Below are positions 50,898-60,068 of a stretch of DNA of 64,000 bases, piece after piece. The translations under genes and the position numbers were made by a program. Within the stretch, counting starts at the first letter, position 1. Each line of letters starts with the position of its first letter. The stretch lies in the NCBI GenBank assembly GCA_001792535.1, contig MGGS01000016.1:160-64159 (forward strand), read 5' to 3'. The notes under the pieces are model-generated. The model was given only the letters and a program-made list of their open reading frames with translations, was not told where the DNA came from and searched no databases. This DNA is from Candidatus Woesebacteria bacterium RIFCSPHIGHO2_02_FULL_42_20. GTDB lineage: Bacteria; Patescibacteriota; Microgenomatia; UBA8517.

Positions 50898-50909
50898 TGC
50901 ACACTAATA

Positions 50910-51569
50910 CTACACACTATTAGTAAGTACGTCAAGTATGTCTTCAGGTTTTGTGGCGATCCTTGCCCCTTGGTCGATTAGGAAATTTGGTGTTCCGGAC
51001 AACGGCGAATTAATAGGCCCCGGGACCGCAAACACTTCCCGCCCAAGGTTTGCCGCGTGATTTGCGATAGAAAATGTCCCGCTTCTTCTGGCACCTTCTA
51101 CGACCACGACAGCTTTAGAGAGTGCCGCAATTAGCTTGTTACGCATCAAAAAATTCTGCGGCAGCGGCTTAACTCCGGGTGCAAATTGGGAAACTACAGC
51201 CCCGCAGGCAACTATCTTTTGAAAAAGTTTCACATTTTCCGGCGGATAAACGACGTCGATCCCGCTTCCCAAGACTGCAATTGTTCTACCATGAACAGCT
51301 AGGGCTGCAACGTGCGCCATTGTATCCACCCCCCGGGCCATCCCGGAAACAATGGTCACCCCACGTGAAGCCAGAAAACCTGCAAATCTCGTTGTCACCT
51401 GCCTGCCATAAGTCGTCATCGATCTTGATCCTACTATCGCAACCGCATTAGAATCAATTTCCTTAAAGCTGCCAGAAATATAAATCCTGGGAGCAAACTT
51501 CTCCAATATTAATAAATTTTTGGGGTAGCCACTACTCCAAGGATAGATTAATTTGATACTTTCACTCAT
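50910..51569 (-). CDS. dprA: DNA-processing protein DprA (core domain only)
   Basis: VAIVGSR, SGMARGVD, RNKLIAAL, VFAVPG. Confidence 0.93.
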   Translation of the reverse strand: MSESIKLIYPWSSGYPKNLLILEKFAPRIYISGSFKEIDSNAVAIVGSRSMTTYGRQVTTRFAGFLASRGVTIVSGMARGVDTMAHVAALAVHGRTIAVLGSGIDVVYPPENVKLFQKIVACGAVVSQFAPGVKPLPQNFLMRNKLIAALSKAVVVVEGARRSGTFSIANHAANLGREVFAVPGPINSPLSGTPNFLIDQGARIATKPEDILDVLTNSV

Positions 51570-53182
51570 TTGCGACCGAAATAAAACTCAAGTAATTCCT
51601 TGGCAACAGGCGCAGCGACAGATGAGCCTTCTCCTCCGTTTTCGACCAGCACAGTTACAATAATTTCAGGGTCGTCTGCAGGCGCGAACACCGTAAACCA
51701 AGCGTGGGGCATGCCCAATAGCGAAGTTTCCGCAGTGCCCGTCTTACAGGCTACCTGCGGTTTATAGTCAAAAAACGGATAAGCCGTGCCGCCGGGTTGA
51801 CAAGCTTGAATCAAGCCTTGCTTAACCAGATCAATATTCTTCCGGTCTATTCCCATGTCCGTACAATTTTCACCCCGCGAGTCCTGAACCAAATAAGGTG
51901 CACAAAGTCTTCCCCCGGTGGCGATTACCGAAGTAACTTGGTTCACAGCCAGCGGTGTGACCGCCAAGTCGCCTTGACCAATACTCATGTGGTAAGTGTT
52001 TCCCAAAAACCATCGCTCTCCTTTGACCTCAAGTTTCCATTTTGGGTCCGGAACCAATCCCTGCACCTCACCTTCCAAATCGATTCCTGACTTTGATCCT
52101 AAACCAAACTTTCTGGCCCACTCGGCAAGTTTATCGACCCCCACCGCCTCGCCGATCTTGTAAAAAAATGTATCGGTAGAACGGGCAATAGCACGAGTCA
52201 AGCCGATTTTACCCTCCACCGCACCATACTGTGTGAAGTACCAGTTGGTATATTCAAAATTATTGACAACGATTGCGCCTGTGTCTTCATAAATATAATC
52301 TTTGTCGATTTTGCCTTCCTCAAGTGCCGCAATCGAAGTAACTATTTTGAAAGTGGAGCCGGGGTGGTAAAGCCCGCCTACAACTCTATTAAACAAGGGA
52401 AAGCTTTGGTCACGTAGTATCCCCTCAAGTCTGGTTTCGTTTTCTTTTTTGGGATCTGCAAAAAGATTCGGGTCATACGACGGGCTTGAGTAAAGGGCAA
52501 GGACTTGACCGTGGATGTCGGTAGCTATAATTGAACCAATAGAGTCGGTGAGTAGCCCTGCGGCTTTTTTTTGTAAGCCGTAATCGATAGTTGTTGTGAT
52601 GTCAGCCCCTCGCCTGGCAGGCTTCCTCCCAAGTAATCGGACTTTATTACCAAACGTGTCAACTTCGATCAACTCCTCGCCATCCGTCCCGCGCAGTCTG
52701 CAATTGGAGGTTTGCTCCAGCCCGCTTCTTCCTGTCCAGCCCGCCGACACAAGCGGTCCTTTGTCCGAGCAGCCCGGCTCGACTTTGCCAAGTTCATCGC
52801 TAGTGACCTCCCCGACATAGCCCGTCACGTGAGCCGCGCCGCCTCCTAACGGATAAAACCGTTTGGATTCAACAATAGCTTCGGGAAAATCGGTTCCGAC
52901 CTCAACTTTTTGATAACCGCCGTCGCCGGTCAATACCAATTTTTTGTAAACATCTTTATTACCCACCAGCACTTCCCCACCACGAGCCATTATGCGCCCA
53001 CGGGGGGCACCAATCGTTATCTTACGGACTCTGTTCCCGTCGGACAGACCACGGTAATAGTCACCCTTGATCACTTGGAGTTCAAAAAGGCGGGCCACTA
53101 AAACAAACGTCCCGAGAAGCAGAATTCCGCGCAAAAACCAAGAAAGCCAACTTTGTTCCTCCTTGAGGCTCAAACTTTTCAT
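51566..53182 (-). CDS. mrdA: Penicillin-binding protein 2
   Basis: PGSTFK, STD, KTGTAE. Confidence 0.9.
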   Translation of the reverse strand: MKSLSLKEEQSWLSWFLRGILLLGTFVLVARLFELQVIKGDYYRGLSDGNRVRKITIGAPRGRIMARGGEVLVGNKDVYKKLVLTGDGGYQKVEVGTDFPEAIVESKRFYPLGGGAAHVTGYVGEVTSDELGKVEPGCSDKGPLVSAGWTGRSGLEQTSNCRLRGTDGEELIEVDTFGNKVRLLGRKPARRGADITTTIDYGLQKKAAGLLTDSIGSIIATDIHGQVLALYSSPSYDPNLFADPKKENETRLEGILRDQSFPLFNRVVGGLYHPGSTFKIVTSIAALEEGKIDKDYIYEDTGAIVVNNFEYTNWYFTQYGAVEGKIGLTRAIARSTDTFFYKIGEAVGVDKLAEWARKFGLGSKSGIDLEGEVQGLVPDPKWKLEVKGERWFLGNTYHMSIGQGDLAVTPLAVNQVTSVIATGGRLCAPYLVQDSRGENCTDMGIDRKNIDLVKQGLIQACQPGGTAYPFFDYKPQVACKTGTAETSLLGMPHAWFTVFAPADDPEIIVTVLVENGGEGSSVAAPVAKELLEFYFGRK

Positions 53183-53183
53183 C

Positions 53184-54296
53184 TTAACCGGTCAGTTTTA
53201 TTTTATTTAAGAGACTGTCGTTCTCCAAAAGTATTCCACACCCACGCACCACACAAGTCAGAGGATCCTCGGCGATAACTACAGGCATATGAGTAGCTTC
53301 CGAAATTGCCTTATCTATTCCCGCCAGGAGAGCACCACCGCCGGCTAAGACTATCCCCCGGTCAGTAATATCCCCAATGAGCTCCGGCGGTACCTCCTCA
53401 ATTGTCTCAATAATACACTTTGAAATCTCCCTTAAAATCGGTGAGAGAGCCTCACGGATCTCAACACTGGTAAGTTTCACTGTCTTGGGCAAACCTGTTT
53501 CCAGATCTCGACCGCGAACTATATGAAACTTTTCTTTGGGCAATGGGTATGCCGAGCCAATGGAGATCTTTACTTGCTCTGCGGTAGGTTCACCCACGAG
53601 AAGCGAATACTTAAGGCGGACATAACTGACAATCGCCTCGTTCATCTCGTCGCCGGCGATCCGGACAGACCTGCCCAAGACAACTCCACCAAGGGAAATC
53701 ACCGCAATTTCACTAGTCCCGCCCCCGATATCGACTATAAAGACTCCTTCCGGATCCTCAACAGGAAGGAGCGCCCCGATTGCTGCAGCCATTGGCTCCT
53801 CGACCAGATCGGCGCGTCTCGCACCGGCATTGACAGCCGCGTCGGCGACTGCCCGGCGCTCGACTTCGGTGACTCCCGACGGTATGCCAATAATCAGCCG
53901 GGGTCTGGGAATTTTGGGGATAACGGTTCCAGACTCATGAACTTTTTTAATGTAGTAGTCAAGCATGGCGACAGTCGCGTCAAAGTCGGCAATCACTCCG
54001 TCTTTGAGGGGGCGGACCGACTCTATTGTTTTGGGTGTCCTGCCTTCCATCTTTTTGGCAGCAGAGCCTATCGCAAGCAGTTCTTTGGTTTTTTTCTTTC
54101 TTGCCACACTCGAAGGCTCACGAATCACAATACCTTTGCCTCTTACATAAACCAGGGTGTTTGCAGTCCCCAGGTCAATCCCGACCTCGTGGGATAAGTT
54201 GCCGAAAAATCTATTTAATGAAAACGAAGAAAGCCTATTCCAAAACTTTTTGGGGTCGGTTTTTTTTATTTTCCCCAAAAATCTGTCTATTGCCAT
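53184..54296 (-). CDS. mreB: Rod shape-determining protein MreB
   Basis: IDLGTAN, GVIADF, DIGGGT. Confidence 0.97.
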   Translation of the reverse strand: MAIDRFLGKIKKTDPKKFWNRLSSFSLNRFFGNLSHEVGIDLGTANTLVYVRGKGIVIREPSSVARKKKTKELLAIGSAAKKMEGRTPKTIESVRPLKDGVIADFDATVAMLDYYIKKVHESGTVIPKIPRPRLIIGIPSGVTEVERRAVADAAVNAGARRADLVEEPMAAAIGALLPVEDPEGVFIVDIGGGTSEIAVISLGGVVLGRSVRIAGDEMNEAIVSYVRLKYSLLVGEPTAEQVKISIGSAYPLPKEKFHIVRGRDLETGLPKTVKLTSVEIREALSPILREISKCIIETIEEVPPELIGDITDRGIVLAGGGALLAGIDKAISEATHMPVVIAEDPLTCVVRGCGILLENDSLLNKIKLTG

Positions 54297-54367
54297 TTTG
54301 CCACAGTATAACTGCAAGAAAAATGATTGCAAAGGGTAAGTCTGCTTCCGAATGTTATACTTACACC

Positions 54368-54892
54368 ATGATCTTAAAAATCGTAGGCATTAAAGACCCC
54401 GTCTTGCGCAAAAAAGCTAAAAGAGTGGGTAAGGTCGACAAAAAAATAAAGTCCTTGATTTATGACATGCAAGAAACTTTGAAAGCCCAAAAAGACCCCG
54501 AGGGTATCGGCCTGGCAGCTCCCCAAGTCGGCAAATCGCTGGCTCTCTTCATTGTCAACTTTGAAGGCCTTAAAAGAGTCATCATCAATCCCGAGGTAAT
54601 TAAAAGTAAGAAAGTAGACAAGACCAAAAAAGCAAAAATGACCAAGCTCTTGGAAGGGTGCCTGTCGCTGCCCAATTATTACAGCCCGGTTAAGCGCGGC
54701 AAATACATTATAATTAAATACTTGGATATCGCCGGCAAAACCGTTACCGAAGAATTTAACGACTTCCCCGCCCAAGTGATCCAGCACGAAATCGACCATC
54801 TCGATGGTGTATTGTTTGTGGATCACGTACTTAAACAAAACTCTCCGTTATATAAATTCGACGGCGATGAGTGGGAGGAAGTGGAGCTATGA
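54368..54892 (+). CDS. def: Peptide deformylase
   Basis: GIGLAAPQ, EGCLS, QHEIDH. Confidence 0.97.
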   Translation: MILKIVGIKDPVLRKKAKRVGKVDKKIKSLIYDMQETLKAQKDPEGIGLAAPQVGKSLALFIVNFEGLKRVIINPEVIKSKKVDKTKKAKMTKLLEGCLSLPNYYSPVKRGKYIIIKYLDIAGKTVTEEFNDFPAQVIQHEIDHLDGVLFVDHVLKQNSPLYKFDGDEWEEVEL

Positions 54893-55857
54893 AAGTAGTC
54901 TTTTTTGGCACGCCTGACTTTGTTGTCCCAATCGTCGACGCGCTGCATAAAACTTACCGTGTTCCCCGCGCTAAAGAAAGCGGGGTTGTAGCGGTCGTCA
55001 CCCAGCCTCCAAGTCCAGCCGGACGCGACAAAAGAATAGACCATTCGCCCGTTGATCAATGGGCTTGGGATAAAAAAATTAAAGTAATTACGGGTTTTAA
55101 TAACAGCCTACCGGATGCAGACTTGGGAATTGTGGCTGCTTACGGCAAAATAATTCCGGAAAAAATTATCAAACACTTCCCAAAAGGGATTCTTAACCTT
55201 CACCCGTCGCTTCTACCTGTTTTCCGCGGAGCCTCCCCCATCCAGGCTGCGATAGTAACAGACACAAACCGGACCGGCCTAACGGTAATCAAAATGGACA
55301 AATTGATGGATCATGGCCCGATTATTTCTTTGTTTAAAGAAGATGTTTTGCCCGAAGACACAACCGAAACACTTCGCCGTAAGCTTTTTGAAAGGTCCAT
55401 TCAATTTCTACTTGACCTAATTCCCAATTACCTAAGCAAAAAAATAATACCAAAAGAGCAAGATCACGCAAAAGCGACCTATACAAAGATCATAACCCGC
55501 GAGGATGGGTTTATTGACCCCACAAATTTACAAAAGGTTATTGACAACAAAACACCTCGAAAAAAGTGGGTTATATCGTTTGTTAGCAATTTCACTACCC
55601 AATATTCGCCAGTCACTATTCACCAGTTTATCCGAGCCATGACCCCTTGGCCCGGAACGTGGACTCTCCTTCGCCTTACGGCGGGCGGGCAAGCACCAAA
55701 ACGATTAAAAATTATAAGGGCCCACCTCTCACAACCCACCAAGCACAACCCACAACTTATTCTCGACGAAGTCCAACTCGAAGGCAAAAACCCGGTAAGT
55801 TGGGAGGAATTCAAACGAGGTTATCCTAACACTGCGCTCACTCGGGACGGCGTATAG
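54889..55857 (+). CDS. fmt: Methionyl-tRNA formyltransferase
   Basis: FFGTPDF, NLHPSLLP.FRGASP. Confidence 0.95.
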   Translation: MKVVFFGTPDFVVPIVDALHKTYRVPRAKESGVVAVVTQPPSPAGRDKRIDHSPVDQWAWDKKIKVITGFNNSLPDADLGIVAAYGKIIPEKIIKHFPKGILNLHPSLLPVFRGASPIQAAIVTDTNRTGLTVIKMDKLMDHGPIISLFKEDVLPEDTTETLRRKLFERSIQFLLDLIPNYLSKKIIPKEQDHAKATYTKIITREDGFIDPTNLQKVIDNKTPRKKWVISFVSNFTTQYSPVTIHQFIRAMTPWPGTWTLLRLTAGGQAPKRLKIIRAHLSQPTKHNPQLILDEVQLEGKNPVSWEEFKRGYPNTALTRDGV

Positions 55858-56078
55858 ATCTTTTTGTCTTTTTTAAACCGCTTTATACACTTTGTGCAAA
55901 GTTTCATTTTGACCACGCCGCCGGAAACGACAACATTTGCAAGTTGTAAATTAGGCTTAAAAAGCCTTTTAGTCGCTTGAGTACGTTTTTTCCAGCGCTT
56001 GCCGGCGACACCCCGGCGGTGCTTTTGGCTTTGGCCAAAAACTACTCCCTTTCCACAGTTAGCACAAATCATCGCCAT
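55821..56078 (-). CDS. rpmB: 50S ribosomal protein L28
   Basis: C..CGK...TKRLFKPNLQ...CTKC. Confidence 0.9.
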   Translation of the reverse strand: MAMICANCGKGVVFGQSQKHRRGVAGKRWKKRTQATKRLFKPNLQLANVVVSGGVVKMKLCTKCIKRFKKDKKIYTPSRVSAVLG

Positions 56079-56134
56079 ACTCGTAATTGCCTTTCCGACG
56101 GTGTTTATTATAATAGATAAGCTGATTATTAACA

Positions 56135-56779
56135 ATGTTGGATTTTCTGTTTACCTCGCCAATCATTTTTTTCACTTGGATAGCGGCACTACTTTTCGCC
56201 ATCACTATCCACGAGTTCTCGCATGCCTGGACAGCCGATAGGCTCGGGGACCCGACGCCGCGGCTGCAAGGGAGGATTACGCTTAACCCGATTGCCCACC
56301 TGGACCCATTAGGGACATTCATGCTTATTTTCTTTCGATTTGGTTGGGGCAAACCAGTCCAATTCGACCCCTTTAACCTCAAAAACCCGAGGCGAGACGC
56401 TGCAGTTATTTCCCTGGCCGGGCCGGCGGCAAATTTAGTTGCCGCAACGGCTCTCTCTTTGATATTGCGAACAATGGGGGCAGCTCTGCCGTTGATTGTC
56501 ACCGAAACCTTTATTCCGACATTTATTATTCTTAACGTTTTGCTTGCAATCTTTAATCTAATTCCGATTCATCCCCTGGACGGCGGCAAAATATTAGTCG
56601 GGCTACTCCCGGCAAAAGATGCACATGAGTTAGATGGTTTCTTGCACAAATATGGCATATTTATTTTGTTTCTGTTAATTTTTCCCTTTGCAGGTACGTC
56701 GCCGATATCATCATTTCTTTCTCCTGTCATGAGTTTTTTCCTAAAGATTTTGCTTCCTGCGAGCGCAACTTTGGTCTAG
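56135..56779 (+). CDS. M50 site-2 protease (small)
   Basis: HEFSH, GRITLNP, NLIPIHPLDGG. Confidence 0.93.
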   Translation: MLDFLFTSPIIFFTWIAALLFAITIHEFSHAWTADRLGDPTPRLQGRITLNPIAHLDPLGTFMLIFFRFGWGKPVQFDPFNLKNPRRDAAVISLAGPAANLVAATALSLILRTMGAALPLIVTETFIPTFIILNVLLAIFNLIPIHPLDGGKILVGLLPAKDAHELDGFLHKYGIFILFLLIFPFAGTSPISSFLSPVMSFFLKILLPASATLV

Positions 56780-56810
56780 AAGTCGTTGACTTGATCTGCT
56801 AAAATAAAAC

Positions 56811-56956
56811 TGACCCTGTGGGAAGTGTTAGATAAACTTTCCTGACCAATTACAATATCGGGAGGGCTGGGTCCCACGAAGCCTTGTGCGACGTTGGGCA
56901 GCTCACCCACCTGGTTACTACAGGAAAATTTACCCTGGCACGGAACATCAGGGTCA
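56811..56956 (+). ncRNA. ssrS: Probable 6S RNA (long rod hairpin)
   Basis: TGACCCTG/CAGGGTCA closing stem, TTTCCTG/CAGGAAA and GGGCTG/CAGCTC stems with internal bubbles; TGcTAAAAT just upstream. Confidence 0.5.
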
Positions 56957-56981
56957 TTCCCTTAGGAAGCAGTGGAGTTTT

Positions 56982-57069
56982 TGGTGCTGGGACCAGGATT
57001 CGAACCTAGGTAGGCCTTTCGGCCGCGAGATTTACAGTCTCGTGCGATTGTCCACTCCGCCATCCCAGC
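56982..57069 (-). tRNA. tRNA-Tyr(GTA)
   Basis: GCTGGGA/TCCCAGC acceptor, CT-GTA-AA loop, long variable arm, CCA encoded. Confidence 0.95.
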
Positions 57070-57070
57070 C

Positions 57071-57144
57071 TGGAGCCTTCCCAGAGAATCGAACTCTGAT
57101 CGACGGTTTACAAAACCGCTGCTCTGCCACTGAGCTAGGAAGGC
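57071..57144 (-). tRNA. tRNA-Thr(TGT)
   Basis: GCCTTCC/GGAAGGC acceptor, TT-TGT-AA loop, CCA encoded. Confidence 0.95.
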
Positions 57145-57169
57145 CTAAAGTTAATGGTATTATATTACA

Positions 57170-58234
57170 TTGATGCAGCTTTCCCAACTTGACTACTTTT
57201 TACCAAAAGAGCTTATTGCTCAAAAGCCTGTATCGCCCCGTGACAGGTCAAAACTTCTTGTTTTAAACAGAAACACTGGGGAAATTCAGCAAAAATGTTT
57301 TTTTGAAATTGAGGACTACCTGTCTCCCAACGACGTGCTTGTGATGAACAATACCAAAGTCTTTCCGGCCCGGATTTTCGCCAAAAATTCAAAAGGGAAG
57401 CAAATCGAATTACTCCTGGTAAAGGAAATTAAAAATGGCACTTGGGAAGCAATGAGGCGAGGTAAAGTTAAAGTAGACGAACTGTTAAAATTTGCAGGCG
57501 TTAAATTTAAAATTCTTGAAAATAGAGGTGAAAATGTACTAGTTGGGTTTCCAATCACAACAGAAGAGCTTTTTGCAAAACTTTACAGATATGGCATCAC
57601 TCCCCTTCCGCCTTATATTAAGCCTACCAAAAATGAGCACGAGATAAGGAAGCTTTACCAAACGGTCTATGCCAAGCAGGTCGGGTCAGTCGCGGCACCC
57701 ACCGCAGGATTTCATTTTACCGAAAAACTAATCCGCACATTAAAGCAAAAAGGTATTCAAATAGAATACGTCACTTTGCAAGTGGGACTCGGAACTTTTT
57801 TACCCATCAAAGCTACCGATCTTGGTAAACACACAATGCATAGCGAAAGCTTTGAGGTACACCACAACACTCTCAAAAGACTTAACCAAGCCAAAGCCCA
57901 AGGCAAGAGAATTATCGCCACAGGCACAACTACAACCCGCGTTTTGGAAACTCTTGCAGATGACAGTCACAAATTGAAAATCGAAAATTTTTCAGGCTCA
58001 ACAAATTTGTTCATCTATCCGCCTTACAAGTTCAAATTTGTCGATGCCTTAATCACCAACTTTCACCTACCCAAATCAACTCTACTCGCATTGGTTAGCG
58101 CATTTGTAAGTAATCCAAATTCCACAGACAAATTCAGAAATTTGGCAGAATCAACCGTCGGCAAAGCTTACATCGAAGCGATTAACCGAAATTACCGATT
58201 CTATTCTTTCGGTGATGCAATGTTTATTTATTAA
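57170..58234 (+). CDS. queA: tRNA preQ1 S-adenosylmethionine ribosyltransferase-isomerase
   Basis: ELIAQ.P, YQTVYA, AAPTAG, TNFHLP, YRFYSFGDAM. Confidence 0.97.
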   Translation: MMQLSQLDYFLPKELIAQKPVSPRDRSKLLVLNRNTGEIQQKCFFEIEDYLSPNDVLVMNNTKVFPARIFAKNSKGKQIELLLVKEIKNGTWEAMRRGKVKVDELLKFAGVKFKILENRGENVLVGFPITTEELFAKLYRYGITPLPPYIKPTKNEHEIRKLYQTVYAKQVGSVAAPTAGFHFTEKLIRTLKQKGIQIEYVTLQVGLGTFLPIKATDLGKHTMHSESFEVHHNTLKRLNQAKAQGKRIIATGTTTTRVLETLADDSHKLKIENFSGSTNLFIYPPYKFKFVDALITNFHLPKSTLLALVSAFVSNPNSTDKFRNLAESTVGKAYIEAINRNYRFYSFGDAMFIY

Positions 58235-58622
58235 AATGCTTTTTAACTTCACCAACCATGTGCCTGGCATCGTCCTCCAAGGCCTTGCCAAATGCAAGCC
58301 CCAAAGCGATTGCCACTGCAAAGCTCAAGCCATTTAGCAGTGCGTTTACCAAAGATTGGGCTATACCAAGGTAGTCCAAAACTATTAACACCAATAAGAA
58401 TTTCCCTAAAACCAACACCACTTGAGTCACTGTGTCCAGCGCCTTGTCGGCCAGCTTCATACCCTTAAACTCGATTCTCTTCAGCAGTGTCACTGCAGTA
58501 TTGATTAGCGATTTACCGACTACCCAAATTACTATTGCCACAAGTACCTTCGGCAAAAATAACATCAGCTGATACCAGAATTGTTGAAAAGATGTTACAA
58601 ATACATCTCCATATGGAACCAT
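58224..58622 (-). CDS. Small membrane protein with MscS-type TM helix pattern
   Basis: FLPKVLVAIVI...AVAIALGLAFG. Confidence 0.65.
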   Translation of the reverse strand: MVPYGDVFVTSFQQFWYQLMLFLPKVLVAIVIWVVGKSLINTAVTLLKRIEFKGMKLADKALDTVTQVVLVLGKFLLVLIVLDYLGIAQSLVNALLNGLSFAVAIALGLAFGKALEDDARHMVGEVKKHFNK

Positions 58623-58742
58623 TTTTATCACCCCCTCCGCCAAGGCTTCGCGGGGCACGCCCCCTTTGCTCTTAGCTATTTAAACCATAGCACTAAATTT
58701 CACTTCCTGTCCAGTGTTTTTTGATGATATAATTAGCTTCAT

Positions 58743-58815
58743 GCCTGGGTAGCTCAGTCGGTAGAGCGCATTCTTGGTAAGAATGAGGTCTCGGGTTCGA
58801 TTCCCGATCCAGGCT
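58743..58815 (+). tRNA. tRNA-Thr(GGT)
   Basis: GCCTGGG/TCCAGGC acceptor, TT-GGT-AA loop; no encoded CCA. Confidence 0.95.
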
Positions 58816-60056
58816 CAAACGCTAGGTAAGGTTTGTAGGAGTTTTTTTATCTTTTCCCTTGTCGAGTCATAAGAGAAATGCTTTTCCCCAATTTTAAAAT
58901 TTTTTTCTACCAAGCGATCGTATTCTTGCCCGTCAGCAATCAAACTGTTAACTTTTGCGACAGCTTTTCCAAAATTCGCTCCATTTAATTCTATAGTCTC
59001 GAAGCCAAGCGGAGCAATATCTGATTTATAAACCGGGTATGGCGTTAAAATAATCGGCTTTTTGAAATACATTGTCTCTACAAACTGGTTGCCAAAACCT
59101 TCGACCTCAGTCGGGTAAGTGACAAAGTCCGCATTTACGTAACAGTCCCAAAGAGTATAAATTCTTTTGCCACTTATTATCTTTCTTTGGGAATTAACCC
59201 TATCGCCTATAAATTTGCACCTGATCCCAGTTTCTTGTGCCAACTTTTTCAATTTTTTTTCGTAGCCCGGCTGTTCATCTCCTTCTCTTTGGGATATCAC
59301 TAAAACTGCGTTGGGGTCATTTAAGGCCTTAATGAATTCAATTGACAACTCAATTCTTTTTCTTGGTACAATGCGTGTCGGCTGTAAGAAGACTTTGTCT
59401 TCTGCCCCTATCTCAAAATCGGGCCGAAAATGCTTTGAATAAGAATCGGCAACGGCTTTGTTTGAAGCAAAATCAAAAGTATCACTAATAATATCTGCAT
59501 CTAACCCATATCTTTTTTTAAGCTCGGCTTTCGCAATCGAATTAATAACAGTGTGTTTAACTGTAGGAAGTTTTGGAGGAAACCAATTTTCGAAAAACTT
59601 AAAAAGTGATGACTCCAAATACTTTTGCCTTTCCCACCAAAAATCATGATGACGGGCAATTGTGGGAATTGAATACTCTCCAACTATGCGGCTAAGCGCA
59701 ACAGTCAAAGGAAAATGCATCGGCAAAGAAAATATATTAGCAACAATAAGAAGGTCAACTTTTCCGTTGTGACGCAAGACCTCCCTGAGTTTTCCCTCAA
59801 TTTTACCAGCCAAAGTAAAAATCCCGCGTTCAACGTCTTCATATTTTTCATCTCCGTATACAACTCTTTCATGAATTTGGTAGACATAGGGCCATTTAAA
59901 GTGAAGCTCTGGAAGCAGTACCCCGCTACGGTCAAGCTCTCCGGCCAAAAAAGTTACTTTATGTCCCATTCTCTCTAAAATTTCCTTCCAGTGAACTGCT
60001 TCTAGGGACACTCCGTCAAGGCCTGCAATTCGGAAAGAAAGAAAAACTATATTCAT
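58815..60056 (-). CDS. GT4 glycosyltransferase (MggS-like)
   Basis: DGVSLE..HW, HHDFWWER, QPTRIVPRK.IE, EGFGN. Confidence 0.8.
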   Translation of the reverse strand: MNIVFLSFRIAGLDGVSLEAVHWKEILERMGHKVTFLAGELDRSGVLLPELHFKWPYVYQIHERVVYGDEKYEDVERGIFTLAGKIEGKLREVLRHNGKVDLLIVANIFSLPMHFPLTVALSRIVGEYSIPTIARHHDFWWERQKYLESSLFKFFENWFPPKLPTVKHTVINSIAKAELKKRYGLDADIISDTFDFASNKAVADSYSKHFRPDFEIGAEDKVFLQPTRIVPRKRIELSIEFIKALNDPNAVLVISQREGDEQPGYEKKLKKLAQETGIRCKFIGDRVNSQRKIISGKRIYTLWDCYVNADFVTYPTEVEGFGNQFVETMYFKKPIILTPYPVYKSDIAPLGFETIELNGANFGKAVAKVNSLIADGQEYDRLVEKNFKIGEKHFSYDSTREKIKKLLQTLPSV

Positions 60057-60068
60057 ATCGAAACTAAT

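Noticed and set aside
54026-54367. Long N-terminal extension on Def (also on RecR, Dcd, NUDIX and L28)
   Set aside because: The extensions overlap neighbouring genes or precede the conserved N-terminus; downstream ATGs fit better.
56886-57173. 95-aa ORF and 63499..63726 ORF as real proteins
   Set aside because: They are antisense translations of tRNA genes (WDQDSNL, GRIELS).
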